Virus record (IMG/VR): IMGVR_UViG_3300037481_000553 | Location: 1-63,723 of that record | DNA length: 63,723 nucleotides | Source: a virus | Taxonomy: Duplodnaviria > Caudoviricetes | Reading direction: 5' to 3' (one strand) | Part shown: positions 20,586-30,271 of the stretch, one piece after another | How positions within the stretch are numbered: the first letter of the stretch is position 1 | Layout: each line of letters opens with the position of its first letter | The notes under the pieces: model-generated | What the model was told of the DNA's origin: nothing | Seen by the model: only the letters and a program-made list of their open reading frames with translations | Database searches by the model: none | Position numbers and translations under genes: made by a program

Positions 20586-21446
20586 ATGGCCGTTGTGCGA
20601 CAAGTCGGGCACCGAGTGAAAATGTCGGACCTCAAAGACGATGAGACGCCGCGGAAGCGTCGGTCGATCGAAGCGGCGTCCGACTACAAGCTGCCCGACA
20701 CCATCTCGGAACCGAGCGAACACCTCGGTGCGTATACCATGATGATCTTCGGCGAGAAGAAGATCGGGAAGACCACGCTCGCGGCCGAATTCCCGAAGGC
20801 GTGCTTCCTCTTCTTCGAGCCGGGCGGTCGCGGCTTGCGCGTGTTCTCGTCGTTGATCAACGACTGGACCGACGCGAAGGCTGCACTCAAGGCGTTGAAG
20901 AAGGACGAGAAGTTCCAGACCATCGTGGTCGACACCGCGGACCTCGCCTACAAGCTGGCGGAATCGGCCGCGTGTAAGCGACTAGGTATCGATGACCCCG
21001 GCGATGCGGCCTACGGGAAGGGGTGGCGCGCGGTGCGCAAGGAGTTCGAGGCGTGGCTCACCGGCTTGGGTCTGTGCGGGAAGGGTCTGATTATCATCTC
21101 GCATTCGTCCGAGCAAGAGGTCCAGGCCAAGGACGGCAGCTCCTACGATCGCATCATGCCAACGATGGCGAAGCAGGCGCGCGAAATCGTCGACGGCATG
21201 GTCGACATCTGGGCGTACTACGGCTACGAAGGGCGACGCCGCGTGCTCCAGATCGAAGGGGATGAAACTGTCTCCTGCGGGCACCGGCTCACCGAGCGGT
21301 TCCGCACGGCCGATGGCGAGCGACTCCGGTCGATCGACATGGGCAAGTCCCCCAAGGATGGCTACCGCAACTTGGTGGCCGCGTTCCAGAACGAATACGT
21401 CGCGCCATCGGTGCCGATGGCCGTCAAGAAGGCGAAGAAGCGGTAA
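20586..21446 (+). CDS. AAA_24 / Sak4-like ATPase
   Basis: FGEKKIGKTT, IVVDTAD, YGKGW and IISH motifs. Confidence 0.8.
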   Translation: MAVVRQVGHRVKMSDLKDDETPRKRRSIEAASDYKLPDTISEPSEHLGAYTMMIFGEKKIGKTTLAAEFPKACFLFFEPGGRGLRVFSSLINDWTDAKAALKALKKDEKFQTIVVDTADLAYKLAESAACKRLGIDDPGDAAYGKGWRAVRKEFEAWLTGLGLCGKGLIIISHSSEQEVQAKDGSSYDRIMPTMAKQAREIVDGMVDIWAYYGYEGRRRVLQIEGDETVSCGHRLTERFRTADGERLRSIDMGKSPKDGYRNLVAAFQNEYVAPSVPMAVKKAKKR

Positions 21447-21497
21447 CCCGGAGCGCGCCTATGGTGGGCGCGCTTCATCATCACAGAGGACAGAACA

Positions 21498-22454
21498 ATG
21501 GCAAAGCAGAAGGCTGGCAAGGTTGACATCAAGGCGACGATGGCGCACATCGACAAGTTCTTCAACAAGGCGAAGAAGCGCGCGATCGAAGCCGGCGACA
21601 CCGCACTGCCCGAGTACGACGACGGCCGCTACATCGCGCGCCTCATGAGCGCGACGCTGTGCAAGTCGGCGTCGTCCAGCCGGGACCAGGTCGACTTCGC
21701 GTGGAAGTTCGTCGACGGCGAATACGCCGGCAAGACGAAGCACGCCTACAACGGCATCGAGACCGACCAGAACTTCGAATACTTCCTCCGCGACCTCAAG
21801 CGGCTCGGATTCGAGATCGACGAACTCGACTCCAAGGACATCCCCGATCTCCTCGACGGCATCGGCAAGACGAAGCCGCACCTCCTCTGCCAGATCGTGC
21901 TGAAGACGAAGAACGACTTCCAGAACGTCTACATCAACTCGCTCCTGGAAGATGACGACGAGGAGACCGAAGAGGCCGAGGCGTCGAAGGACGACGAGGA
22001 CGACGACGACGACACGAAGGCGCGTGCCAAGAAGGCGAAGAAGGTCAAGAGGCCGGTGGAAGAGGAAGAGGAAGAGGAAGAGGAAGAGGAAGAGGAAGAG
22101 GAGAAGCCGGCGAAGAAGGTGAAGAAGGAGAAGCCGGCTGCGGAGGTCTCCGAAGAGGAAGAAGACCCGGCTCCGAAGAAGAAGAAGGCGAAGCCGGTCA
22201 AGGAAGAGGAAGAGGAAGAGGAAGACGACGACGACGACGACGACGAGGAAGAGGAAGAGCAGCTGCACATCTCGGTTGGCTCCGAGGTGATCGTCGAGAC
22301 CAAGGACGGCCAGGTCAAGGCCACCATCCTGGAGATGTTCCCCGACGAGCAGAAGATCCGCGTCGAGACCGAGGACGGGAAGAAGCTGCGGCTTCCGGCC
22401 GAACGCGTCGTGTCGTTGGTGGAGAAGACCACGAAGAAGGCGAAGAAGAAGTAG
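21498..22454 (+). CDS. DUF669-like ssDNA-binding protein with long acidic/basic low-complexity linker and small C-terminal beta-barrel domain
   Basis: YDDGRY..., GEYAGK, FQNVYIN; follows AAA_24; poly-E/D tracts. Confidence 0.65.
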   Translation: MAKQKAGKVDIKATMAHIDKFFNKAKKRAIEAGDTALPEYDDGRYIARLMSATLCKSASSSRDQVDFAWKFVDGEYAGKTKHAYNGIETDQNFEYFLRDLKRLGFEIDELDSKDIPDLLDGIGKTKPHLLCQIVLKTKNDFQNVYINSLLEDDDEETEEAEASKDDEDDDDDTKARAKKAKKVKRPVEEEEEEEEEEEEEEEKPAKKVKKEKPAAEVSEEEEDPAPKKKKAKPVKEEEEEEEDDDDDDDEEEEEQLHISVGSEVIVETKDGQVKATILEMFPDEQKIRVETEDGKKLRLPAERVVSLVEKTTKKAKKK

Positions 22455-22471
22455 CGTCGGCGCGCTACGGT

Positions 22472-22511
22472 GGGAGGCGGTCCGGTCTGCAGCCGGGCCG
22501 TCTCCCGGTTT
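22472..22511 (+). terminator. Hairpin, possible terminator or attenuator
   Basis: gggaggcggtccgg-tctgcag-ccgggccgtctccc followed by ggttt. Confidence 0.4.
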
Positions 22512-22537
22512 ACCATTCACCTTCTCCGGAGGTCTCC

Positions 22538-22972
22538 ATGAATGCGCCGACGTTGACTCTGGCCGCGCAGAATGCGGCCGTCGAATTGTTCTACGATGAC
22601 GCTCACGATGTGCTCGTGGGCAAGTCCCGCGACTACGCACCCGAAGGCATCCCGCTTCTCAACGTGCTCGACTCCTGTCGCAAGTGGGGTCTGCAGCCGT
22701 TGCAGGTGCTGGGCATCGCCTACCAGAAGCAGGAGACCGCGCTCTCGCGCTTCGTGCGCGGGGAAGCGCTCGACACGGACTCCCCGCGGAGTCGCCTGAT
22801 CGACGCGGTGAACTACCTCGCGTTGATGGCATTCTACATCCAGTTCCAGCACCGTATTCACGAGCAGTGGGAAGTATGGCTGCGCGCTCAGCCATGCGTC
22901 TGCACACATTCGGCTCGATGCGAACGGTGCGCGCGACTCGAATGGGTGGAAGCATGCCGTCCTACCCGATGA
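22538..22972 (+). CDS. Nucleotide-modification-associated domain 1 (DUF1599)-like protein
   Basis: KSRDYA...K...SRLIDAVNYLAL motif pattern. Confidence 0.65.
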   Translation: MNAPTLTLAAQNAAVELFYDDAHDVLVGKSRDYAPEGIPLLNVLDSCRKWGLQPLQVLGIAYQKQETALSRFVRGEALDTDSPRSRLIDAVNYLALMAFYIQFQHRIHEQWEVWLRAQPCVCTHSARCERCARLEWVEACRPTR

Positions 22973-24945
22973 ACGTGCGGACGAAGTTGGTCGCCTTCGA
23001 CACGGAGACCACCGGGGTCTATCCGTGGGGAGGCAATCGCATCGTCCACTACGAATTTGGCACCAAGATTCGTCGACACATCGCGCGTCGCATCGCGCCC
23101 GCGCGTCCGTTCATCTTCTCGTTCTGCGACTCGGATGGTAATACGGACGTGGTGCGGTGGGACGTGGACCCCATCACGCGTCGCGTCAAGATGGGCGCGC
23201 GGGCAGACGAAGTCCGGGCCGTACTCGCCGACCCCACCATCACGAAACTGGGGCACAATCTTCGGTTCGATTTGGTGATGGCGGAGATGTGCGGCTTCGC
23301 GGTCAACGGACCGTGCTACGACACGATGATCCTCGCGCACCTCGCCACCGCGGGGTCTGCCTTCACCTACGCCTTGAAGCCGTTCTGCAAGAAGTATCTC
23401 GACTACGATGACGCGGATGAAAAAGCGCTGGAGCACGCCATCGTCCGTGGCCGAGCGCGAGCGCGCAAGTTCGAGTGGTCGTATGCGACGCAAGCGTTCG
23501 CCGGGAAGAAGCCAGCGAAGGCTGACTACTGGATGGATCGAGACGGTCTGGTCGAAGCCTACGCAACGGGCGACGTCATCCGCACCATACTGCTGTGGAA
23601 GGCGTATCACCAGGACGTCCTGCGCGACGATGGACTCCGGTATCTCTTCAACCGCGAGCATCGGCTCTTTTGGGTCCTCAAACGAATGGAAGCGCGCGGC
23701 GTCCGGGTCTTCCCGAAAGACATCGAGCGTCTGGAGCGCTTCTACAACGACTACATCGTGAAGCAAGTCAAGGTCGCCTACGCCAATGGTGGCCGCGGTC
23801 TCAACATTCGGTCCGTGCCGCAGATGTGCCAGAAGTTCTACGGCGAACGTGGTCACGACGCGGTCTACACGGAACACGGCAACTGGTCGCTCAACGGCGA
23901 ACAACTCCAGCGACTCGCGGAGAAGGACCCGCTTGCCAAGGCCACGCTGGAGATCAAAGCAGCCGAGCAGGTGAAGTCGGTGTTCCTCGCATCGTATCGC
24001 CGGTTGATGGTGAGAGAAGCGCCGGGTGTGTGGGTCTTGCACCCGAATTTCAAACAGACCGGAGCGGCCACCGGCCGGCTGTCGTGCGGTGACCCGAATC
24101 TGCAGCAAGTCGCGTCGGAGACCACCGGCCGACGCAAAGCCGAGATCGCCGCGCGCCCGCGCGAAGCGTTCGGACCGCGACCGGGGTATCTCTGGTACAT
24201 GCCCGACTACTCGCAGATCGAAGTGTGGCTGTTCGCCTACATGTCAGGCGAGCGCGGCATGCAAGACCTGCTGATGACCGGGTACGATTTCCATTCGGCC
24301 GTCGGCGAGCGCGTCTTCGGAGAGTATCCCGATTACGCGGAGAAGAAGTCCTACTACCGGAAGTGCGCCAAGTTGATCATGTTCTTGATTCTCTATGGCG
24401 GTGGCGCAGCCGTGTTGATGGACCTGCTGAAGACCGACAGCCAGTCAGAGGCGCGCGAGTTCTTGCGCGTCTACAAGTCGAAGTTCCCAGGCATTCAGCG
24501 CTACATGGACGAGATCATCGAGAAGGCGAACAGCGAAGGCGAGTTGAGAAACGTCTTCGGCCGGCGATACGAATTCGACCCTGGCTTCGGCTACCGCGGC
24601 GTGAACTACATGATCCAGGGGACGGCGTCCGAAGTCATGAAGAACGCGATGATCTACGTGGACTCGTATCTCGATACCACGTGGGACGGGCGCGCATACA
24701 TCATCAACACGATCCACGACGAACTGTGTATCGAAGTGCCGGTCGCACTCCATCGGAATCTCAAGAAGCGTAAGGCGTTGATCGCGGGCATCGTGAAAGA
24801 GATGCAGCACGACTCGGCGCGCGTCGGCTTGCCAGTGCCATTTCCGGTCGACATTAAGTTCGTCTACAAGCGGTGGAGCAAGGCTGACGAATTCAAACTT
24901 CCCCCCGAGGTGCGCGGTGGCGCGCCGATGCGAGAGGCTTCATAG
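22954..24945 (+). CDS. polA: DNA polymerase family A with 3'-5' exonuclease (alternative start 22969)
   Basis: DTETTG, HNLRFD, YA..D; TGRLSC.DPNLQQ; motif A DYSQIE; motif B RKCAKLIMFLILYG; motif C IHDEL. Confidence 0.95.
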   Translation: MPSYPMNVRTKLVAFDTETTGVYPWGGNRIVHYEFGTKIRRHIARRIAPARPFIFSFCDSDGNTDVVRWDVDPITRRVKMGARADEVRAVLADPTITKLGHNLRFDLVMAEMCGFAVNGPCYDTMILAHLATAGSAFTYALKPFCKKYLDYDDADEKALEHAIVRGRARARKFEWSYATQAFAGKKPAKADYWMDRDGLVEAYATGDVIRTILLWKAYHQDVLRDDGLRYLFNREHRLFWVLKRMEARGVRVFPKDIERLERFYNDYIVKQVKVAYANGGRGLNIRSVPQMCQKFYGERGHDAVYTEHGNWSLNGEQLQRLAEKDPLAKATLEIKAAEQVKSVFLASYRRLMVREAPGVWVLHPNFKQTGAATGRLSCGDPNLQQVASETTGRRKAEIAARPREAFGPRPGYLWYMPDYSQIEVWLFAYMSGERGMQDLLMTGYDFHSAVGERVFGEYPDYAEKKSYYRKCAKLIMFLILYGGGAAVLMDLLKTDSQSEAREFLRVYKSKFPGIQRYMDEIIEKANSEGELRNVFGRRYEFDPGFGYRGVNYMIQGTASEVMKNAMIYVDSYLDTTWDGRAYIINTIHDELCIEVPVALHRNLKKRKALIAGIVKEMQHDSARVGLPVPFPVDIKFVYKRWSKADEFKLPPEVRGGAPMREAS

Positions 24946-27275
24946 TGGCGAAGAATGGCGATCCGAACACGACATACAATCACCATCCACAGGTCTCGCT
25001 CAAGCCATTCGAAGACCACGGAGTCGTCTTCACAGGCGAGACTGGGAATCAAAGATACGGCCGGTGTCCGTTCACCGATAAGGAGGACAAGTTCTACGTC
25101 AACGTCGAGAACGGTCTGTGGGATTCGAAGACCGCGGGTCTCTCTGGGAACGTGAGTGACTTCTTGGAGGCCATGGCCCACGAGTATGAAGCCGCGCTGA
25201 CCGAGAAGCACTTAAGCGCGCTCGCGGAGAACCGGAAGCTGCCCGTCGCGGCGTTCAAAGGGCATGGCCTGGGGTGGAGTGTGGACAAGACAGCCTACAC
25301 GCTTCCGATCCGCGACCTGAATGGTAAAGTCGTCGACATTCGCTACGCGCGCTTGGGGAAGGCGTTCTTGTCGACGGCCGGCTGCAAGGTGGGATTGCTC
25401 GGTGCGCCCGCGCTGAAGAAGACGCCGGGTGCCGCGGTCGTCATCTGCGAAGGCGAGTGGGACTTCTTCGCGACGCACTGGACCGTGGTGAAGAAGTTGC
25501 ACTTGCCGCTCGTGGTCGTCGCCGTGCCCGGAGCTGGTACGCTGAAGCCGGACTGGGTCGCGTGGATGACCGGTCGCGTCGTACATACGCTCTACGACCA
25601 CGATGACGCGGGCAAGGAAGGCGAACTCGTCGCCCAGAAGAAGCTGGGCACCGCAACGACGAAGTTGACCTTCGTGCACTGGCCGAAGGAACTCCCCGAC
25701 GGGTTCGACGCGCGGGATTGGTTCGTCTACGGAGCCGTCAAGCGCGAAGACCCCGAAGGCTCGTGGAAGAAGCTGCAAGGGTTGTTCCGTCCAGAGACAC
25801 GACTGGCTACGGAGGCGATGAAACCGCAGACCATGGTCGTACGCAAGCGGAAGAACGACAACGGCACCGAGTCGAAGACAACCGACGCGGTGACGTTGCC
25901 GGAGTTGCATGCGTCATTCAACAAGTGGTTGCTCCTGAAGAACAACGACGCGGTCGACGTGACCTTGGCTGTCGTATTGTCCCAGCGATTGCCGGGCGAC
26001 CCCGTGTGGATGTTCATGGTGGGACCTCCGGGAAGCGGCAAGACGGCGACGCTGCAGCCGCTGTCGGATGCTACCGACTACGTGCATGTCGTCAGTTCGA
26101 TCACACCGCACACGCTGATCTCGGGTGCCTCCGGGCCGGGCGGAGCGGACCCGAGTCTCATTCCGCGATTGAACAACAAGACGCTCGTCGTGAAAGACTT
26201 CACGGTCCTCCTCGGGATGCACGAGCAGACGAAGGAGGAGATCTTCGATATCTTCAGAGACGCGTACGACGGCAAGTGTGCGAAGGAATTCGGGAACGGC
26301 ATCATCCGCCGATACGAGAGCCGCTTCACCGTGTTGGCCGCGGTCACGACCGTCATCTACGACGCGGCCGCATCGCACGCCGCGTTGGGCGAACGGTTCT
26401 TGAAGTTCTCGGTGGGTGATAATATCCACCACTACCGCGAAGAAGAAGTCATCCGGCGTGCGATGGACAACTCCATGAAGCCGGGTCCGGACATGGCATC
26501 GGACCTGACGCCGATGGTCGCGGCATTCCTCGACGACCGATGGAAGCACGCGGTCGACCCGACGGTTTCAGACGAATTCTTGACACGCATGGTACACCTG
26601 GGAAAGTTCACCGCGCGACTGCGCGGCACCATCTCGCGCGAGCAGTACAACCCGGAGATGATCAAGTCTCGCGCGGCGTCCGAAGTGGGGACGCGTCTCG
26701 GCATCCAGCTCACGAAGCTCGCGCGGGCGCTCGCCATGGTCTACGGACACACGGAGGTAGGCGAAGCGGAGTATCGGATTGTCAAAAAGGTGGCGCTCGA
26801 TACGGTCACGCAGCGTGTGGAAGATTTCGTGCGTGCGCTGTGGCGCGCCAGTGCCAAGACCGGCGTGAACGCCACGACGCAGGAGATTGCGAAGGCGTCA
26901 CGCTACCCGATGGCCACGACCAAGCGCGTGTTGGAGGATCTCGCCGCGTTGGACGTGATCACCTGTCACAAAGATGGACCCTACAAATTCAAATGGTCGT
27001 TGTCCGCGTATATCCTGAACGCGATCCTGGGCGCACGGCTCTACGAAGAGAAGACGGAACTGGAGCGCGTCTCTGTCAGCGAACAGCTCACCGTCAAGCG
27101 CCAGGAGGCGAAGAAAGTGCAGATCGTGTTCAAGCCGCAGACCATCCAAATCACGAAGAAAGCGGTCAACGGCGTCGCGCGCCTCGGCCCGGCTCCGCCC
27201 ACGACACCCGGCCGGAAGCCGGTAAGGATGGGCTTGCTACGGCCCATCTCATTTGTCGCTAAGTCCAAGAGGTAG
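24945..27275 (+). CDS. Primase-helicase (Zn-finger-like, TOPRIM, AAA+/MCM-like ATPase, wHTH)
   Basis: CPF, CEGEWD, YDHDDAG, GPPGSGKT and LGERFL motifs. Confidence 0.88.
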   Translation: MAKNGDPNTTYNHHPQVSLKPFEDHGVVFTGETGNQRYGRCPFTDKEDKFYVNVENGLWDSKTAGLSGNVSDFLEAMAHEYEAALTEKHLSALAENRKLPVAAFKGHGLGWSVDKTAYTLPIRDLNGKVVDIRYARLGKAFLSTAGCKVGLLGAPALKKTPGAAVVICEGEWDFFATHWTVVKKLHLPLVVVAVPGAGTLKPDWVAWMTGRVVHTLYDHDDAGKEGELVAQKKLGTATTKLTFVHWPKELPDGFDARDWFVYGAVKREDPEGSWKKLQGLFRPETRLATEAMKPQTMVVRKRKNDNGTESKTTDAVTLPELHASFNKWLLLKNNDAVDVTLAVVLSQRLPGDPVWMFMVGPPGSGKTATLQPLSDATDYVHVVSSITPHTLISGASGPGGADPSLIPRLNNKTLVVKDFTVLLGMHEQTKEEIFDIFRDAYDGKCAKEFGNGIIRRYESRFTVLAAVTTVIYDAAASHAALGERFLKFSVGDNIHHYREEEVIRRAMDNSMKPGPDMASDLTPMVAAFLDDRWKHAVDPTVSDEFLTRMVHLGKFTARLRGTISREQYNPEMIKSRAASEVGTRLGIQLTKLARALAMVYGHTEVGEAEYRIVKKVALDTVTQRVEDFVRALWRASAKTGVNATTQEIAKASRYPMATTKRVLEDLAALDVITCHKDGPYKFKWSLSAYILNAILGARLYEEKTELERVSVSEQLTVKRQEAKKVQIVFKPQTIQITKKAVNGVARLGPAPPTTPGRKPVRMGLLRPISFVAKSKR

Positions 27276-27284
27276 TATGAGTTA
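27260..27284. promoter_or_regulatory. 25-bp palindrome TAAGT-N15-AGTTA (site family copy 3)
   Basis: taagtccaagaggtagtatgagtta, overlapping the primase stop. Confidence 0.45.
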
Positions 27285-27363
27285 CAGCCGAAACCACGCA
27301 GGAGCCATTTCTAGGGCCGGGGAACGCCCACCTTCCCCTGGCCTCAGCCGACCCCCGTTCGAG

Positions 27364-27403
27364 CCGCCAGCGACCGCCAGGCCAGGATTTCGGCCGTTCT
27401 GGA
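27364..27403 (+). repeat. 40-bp perfect repeat, inverted copy at 45788-45827
   Basis: ccgccagcgaccgccaggccaggatttcggccgttctgga. Confidence 0.9.
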
Positions 27404-27480
27404 CCCCCTTCCCCGACCACCCCGAAACGACCCGGCACGCCTCCAAGGAAGGTCGTCGCCGGGCACCGCAGGAGGACCCC

Positions 27481-27600
27481 GTGAGACGCTCCACGTTCAA
27501 CCACCGGCCACGCGCGGCGTGGACCTTTGCGCTGGCCGCAGCCGGCGTGCTCGTCGTTTGGTGCTGGCGCAGAGCGCGCCGAGGGAGGTTCCATGTCTGA
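27481..27600 (+). CDS. Putative 39-aa membrane peptide
   Basis: GGAGGA RBS, GTG start; hydrophobic core AAWTFALAAAGVLVVWCW. Confidence 0.45.
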   Translation: MRRSTFNHRPRAAWTFALAAAGVLVVWCWRRARRGRFHV

Positions 27601-27853
27601 AGGCAGGATGGTGCTGTCGTCGAAGCACCGGAAGATCACCGAAGCGTTGAACGCCGCGGGGTTCACGAAGCCGACACCTCCGCCTGTGCACATGTCCATG
27701 GCCGACACGATCCGTCGATTGATCGGACACGTGCCACGTGCCGCGAAGACCTACGACCGTATCGAACGGCCCGAGAGCCGAGCCGCGCAGCGTCGACTGC
27801 GCCAGATTCAACGCGGGCAACTGAGTCCATCGCCCGAGAAAAGGATCCCATGA
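27593..27853 (+). CDS. Hypothetical basic protein
   Basis: GGAGG RBS. Confidence 0.6.
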   Translation: MSEGRMVLSSKHRKITEALNAAGFTKPTPPPVHMSMADTIRRLIGHVPRAAKTYDRIERPESRAAQRRLRQIQRGQLSPSPEKRIP

Positions 27854-28098
27854 CGCCACGTATTCCCATCATCGGTCAACCCGAGATCACCGACTACTTC
27901 TTGTGCCTGCAGGTGCAGTGCTCGTGTGGGCACCAGTTGCTCATCGTCGGGTTGATCGGCGCTGTGCGACAATGCGCGGAGTGCAAGCGCTTGTACCGGC
28001 TCAATGGCATGCCGTCGCTCGACGCGCACGGCAACATCCAAGCACCGCTCGGCGTGGCGACCGTGGCGTCGAACCCGAAGGAGACCCCGGCACCATGA
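27850..28098 (+). CDS. Small Zn-ribbon protein
   Basis: CSCG...CAEC. Confidence 0.65.
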   Translation: MTPRIPIIGQPEITDYFLCLQVQCSCGHQLLIVGLIGAVRQCAECKRLYRLNGMPSLDAHGNIQAPLGVATVASNPKETPAP

Positions 28099-28346
28099 CG
28101 CTTCGTGCAGAGATCTTGACCTATATCGCGGAACACCCCGGCACCATGGCCGCGCGTGTCGCTCGCGCGCTCAACGCGTCGTGCAACACGTGCGCCATCC
28201 TCTTGCGCCGGATGACCACCGCGGGTCTCGTGGTCCGGGTCGTCGACCCCGCATTCCGCGGCCGGTATCGCTACACCGTCGCACGTCACACGCGATGGGT
28301 CCGCGCGCCAGCCGCACAGGAGAGTCCATGCATCCAGAAGTCCTGA
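28095..28346 (+). CDS. Winged-HTH DNA-binding protein
   Basis: ILTYIAEHPG...VARAL...LRRMTTAGLVVR; AAGGAG RBS. Confidence 0.65.
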   Translation: MTLRAEILTYIAEHPGTMAARVARALNASCNTCAILLRRMTTAGLVVRVVDPAFRGRYRYTVARHTRWVRAPAAQESPCIQKS

Positions 28347-28594
28347 ACGTTCCCCGCTTCGAATCGCACATCGCCATGGAGAAGGTGTTCCATCCGGCGA
28401 ACCAGCGTCTCGCGATGCGCGCGTTGCTCGAGAAGTCCGGTCTCTGTCCCGAGTGTCATCGTGGATGGCTGGAAAATGTGTGGTGCCCGGCGTGCGGCTA
28501 CCAGGCCGTAGAGTCGTCACGTTGCTGGTGGAGCGACATGCTCCGATGGTTCCGAGCGCGGGCGCGCGAAAGGGCCATGCAGCCGGTGTCCTGA
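28328..28594 (+). CDS. Small Zn-ribbon protein
   Basis: AGGAG RBS; CPEC...CPACG. Confidence 0.55.
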   Translation: MHPEVLNVPRFESHIAMEKVFHPANQRLAMRALLEKSGLCPECHRGWLENVWCPACGYQAVESSRCWWSDMLRWFRARARERAMQPVS

Positions 28595-28734
28595 GATGCC
28601 GCGTCCAGATCTCGGCCCGTGCGATACATGCGGTCGACCCGCCACCAGCGTCGCGCGTGACATGTTCCGGCATGTACCGCCCGGAGCCACGTGGGTCACA
28701 TATTCACCGACAACGACGCTGCCGTCGCCTCCGT

Positions 28735-28773
28735 AAACAAAAAACGCCGGTCGCCCGCGGTGGACGACCGGCG
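28735..28773 (-). terminator. Rho-independent terminator ending the late minus-strand operon
   Basis: Minus strand cgccggtcg-loop-cgaccggcg followed by ttttttgttt, at the convergence of the two transcription arms. Confidence 0.8.
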
Positions 28774-28794
28774 AACCCCTCCGACCGACCAATC

Positions 28795-29163
28795 CTATGG
28801 ACGCTTAATGATAATCCGGAGGTTCGTGGCCTTCGCCGGCTGCACGAAGACGGTCACCAAGAAGGGATCAGACGCGGCTTCTCCCGCGGCATTGAAAGCG
28901 ATCACCAGGATGGTGTGATTGCCAGGCGTCAACGCTGGGAAGGGAATCTCACAGGTGCGCGGCGTGCCCGCGACACACGTGGGGGTGATGACGGTGACCG
29001 TCCCATCGATGGACAGCTTGTACCCATCGGTGTTGATGCCGTCATGGTCCCAACCGAGTTTTATCGTTGGCGGTGTCGGCGATGGCACCGGGGTCTGCGC
29101 CCAGCCGATTGCCGGGAGCAAAAGGCACAGCGTACACCACAGGACGACCATTCGTTTTCTCAC
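28795..29163 (-). CDS. Secreted FN3/Ig-like protein with signal peptide
   Basis: AAGGAG RBS, GTG start; signal MRKRMVVLWCTLCLLLPAIGWA|Q; LGWD...GYKL...LTPGNHTILVIAFNAAGE. Confidence 0.7.
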   Translation of the reverse strand: MRKRMVVLWCTLCLLLPAIGWAQTPVPSPTPPTIKLGWDHDGINTDGYKLSIDGTVTVITPTCVAGTPRTCEIPFPALTPGNHTILVIAFNAAGEAASDPFLVTVFVQPAKATNLRIIIKRP

Positions 29164-29441
29164 GGCGCACTCCTTTTCTTTCCAGGTAGCGGTTGTTGAT
29201 CTCGACTTCAATGCGATCCCCTTCCCAGTCCAGCCGCTCCTGCAACCGGCGGAGATGTTCGAGCGACGACGTGCCACACCGCACGTGTTCACTGATGACC
29301 ACGAGCTGACCAACTAGGTCGGCTATCAGATACCAGTGTTCTCTCGCTCGCTGGCGAATGGATAGTAGTCTCACTCCGGCTCCTCCAACGCGTATTTCGA
29401 TTTCACCAGCCGCTTCGCCTTGATGTTCTTCTCCTACCTGA

Positions 29442-29663
29442 CTAGCCCCCAATGCCGTTGCCGGGGTCACTGCTGACAGCGGGGTGCGAGGCGAGGAACT
29501 CCTCACCGACTTTGATCACCTCGTCCGCGATGGCAAGCAATTTGTCGTTCACTTGTTGTTCGGTCGGCATCGCCCCCGTGCGGGCGAAGTGATCCTTGAT
29601 GATGCCGAGCACGATGGACACGACGCCCCCCGGCTGGAGCAGGGCGAGGATGATCGGGTTCAT
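29442..29663 (-). CDS. Small lysis-module protein
   Basis: ATGA coupling; hydrophobic N-terminus MNPIILALLQPGGVVSIVLGII. Confidence 0.6.
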   Translation of the reverse strand: MNPIILALLQPGGVVSIVLGIIKDHFARTGAMPTEQQVNDKLLAIADEVIKVGEEFLASHPAVSSDPGNGIGG

Positions 29664-30271
29664 GGCGTCACTCCCACGAAACTCTGGAGCAACGCTGACA
29701 CGACCGCAAGGGCCGTCTGCAACGAGGGATTCTGAAGCGCGGTCTGCGGCAGTTTCGCCACCATCTCCAGATACCCGGTGTAGACCGTCTTCGCCCAGTC
29801 GTCTGGCACGGAGCGCAGGATTCGCGCCGACGACACACACCATCCGACGACGAACCGCGCCTGTTCCGTCGTCAAGACCTTCACGGCTTCTAGCTGGATC
29901 GCCACTGTCTCGACTTCCTGAATCCGGGTCAGCACCTGAGTCGCGTACCACCGCTGTTGCCCCGGCTCCGTCTGGATACTCGCCGGAGGCTTGCACGCAC
30001 CCAGTGCCAGCGCGGACAGCACGACGAAAGGGAGCACAACCTTGTTAGCGAGGTTCTGCACGTTGACCGTCTGGCCCGGATCGGTCTTGCCGACCCACGA
30101 CGCGCCGATCTTCCCCGTCACCGCCATTGCCGCGCCGAGCACGAGCATCAGCCACTTGTACGCGACGGGTCCGAGTCCGTAGTCGGCTGGGACCATCACA
30201 GAGCACACGGCAAACAGCGTCGAGAAGATGTAGAACAGTACGGACCATCCGGCCCAGTCATAGCCTTTCAT
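29660..30271 (-). CDS. Membrane protein with two TM helices and internal lipobox (holin/spanin-like)
   Basis: AAGGAG RBS; two hydrophobic segments, then KVVLPFVVLSALALGA|C. Confidence 0.6.
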   Translation of the reverse strand: MKGYDWAGWSVLFYIFSTLFAVCSVMVPADYGLGPVAYKWLMLVLGAAMAVTGKIGASWVGKTDPGQTVNVQNLANKVVLPFVVLSALALGACKPPASIQTEPGQQRWYATQVLTRIQEVETVAIQLEAVKVLTTEQARFVVGWCVSSARILRSVPDDWAKTVYTGYLEMVAKLPQTALQNPSLQTALAVVSALLQSFVGVTP

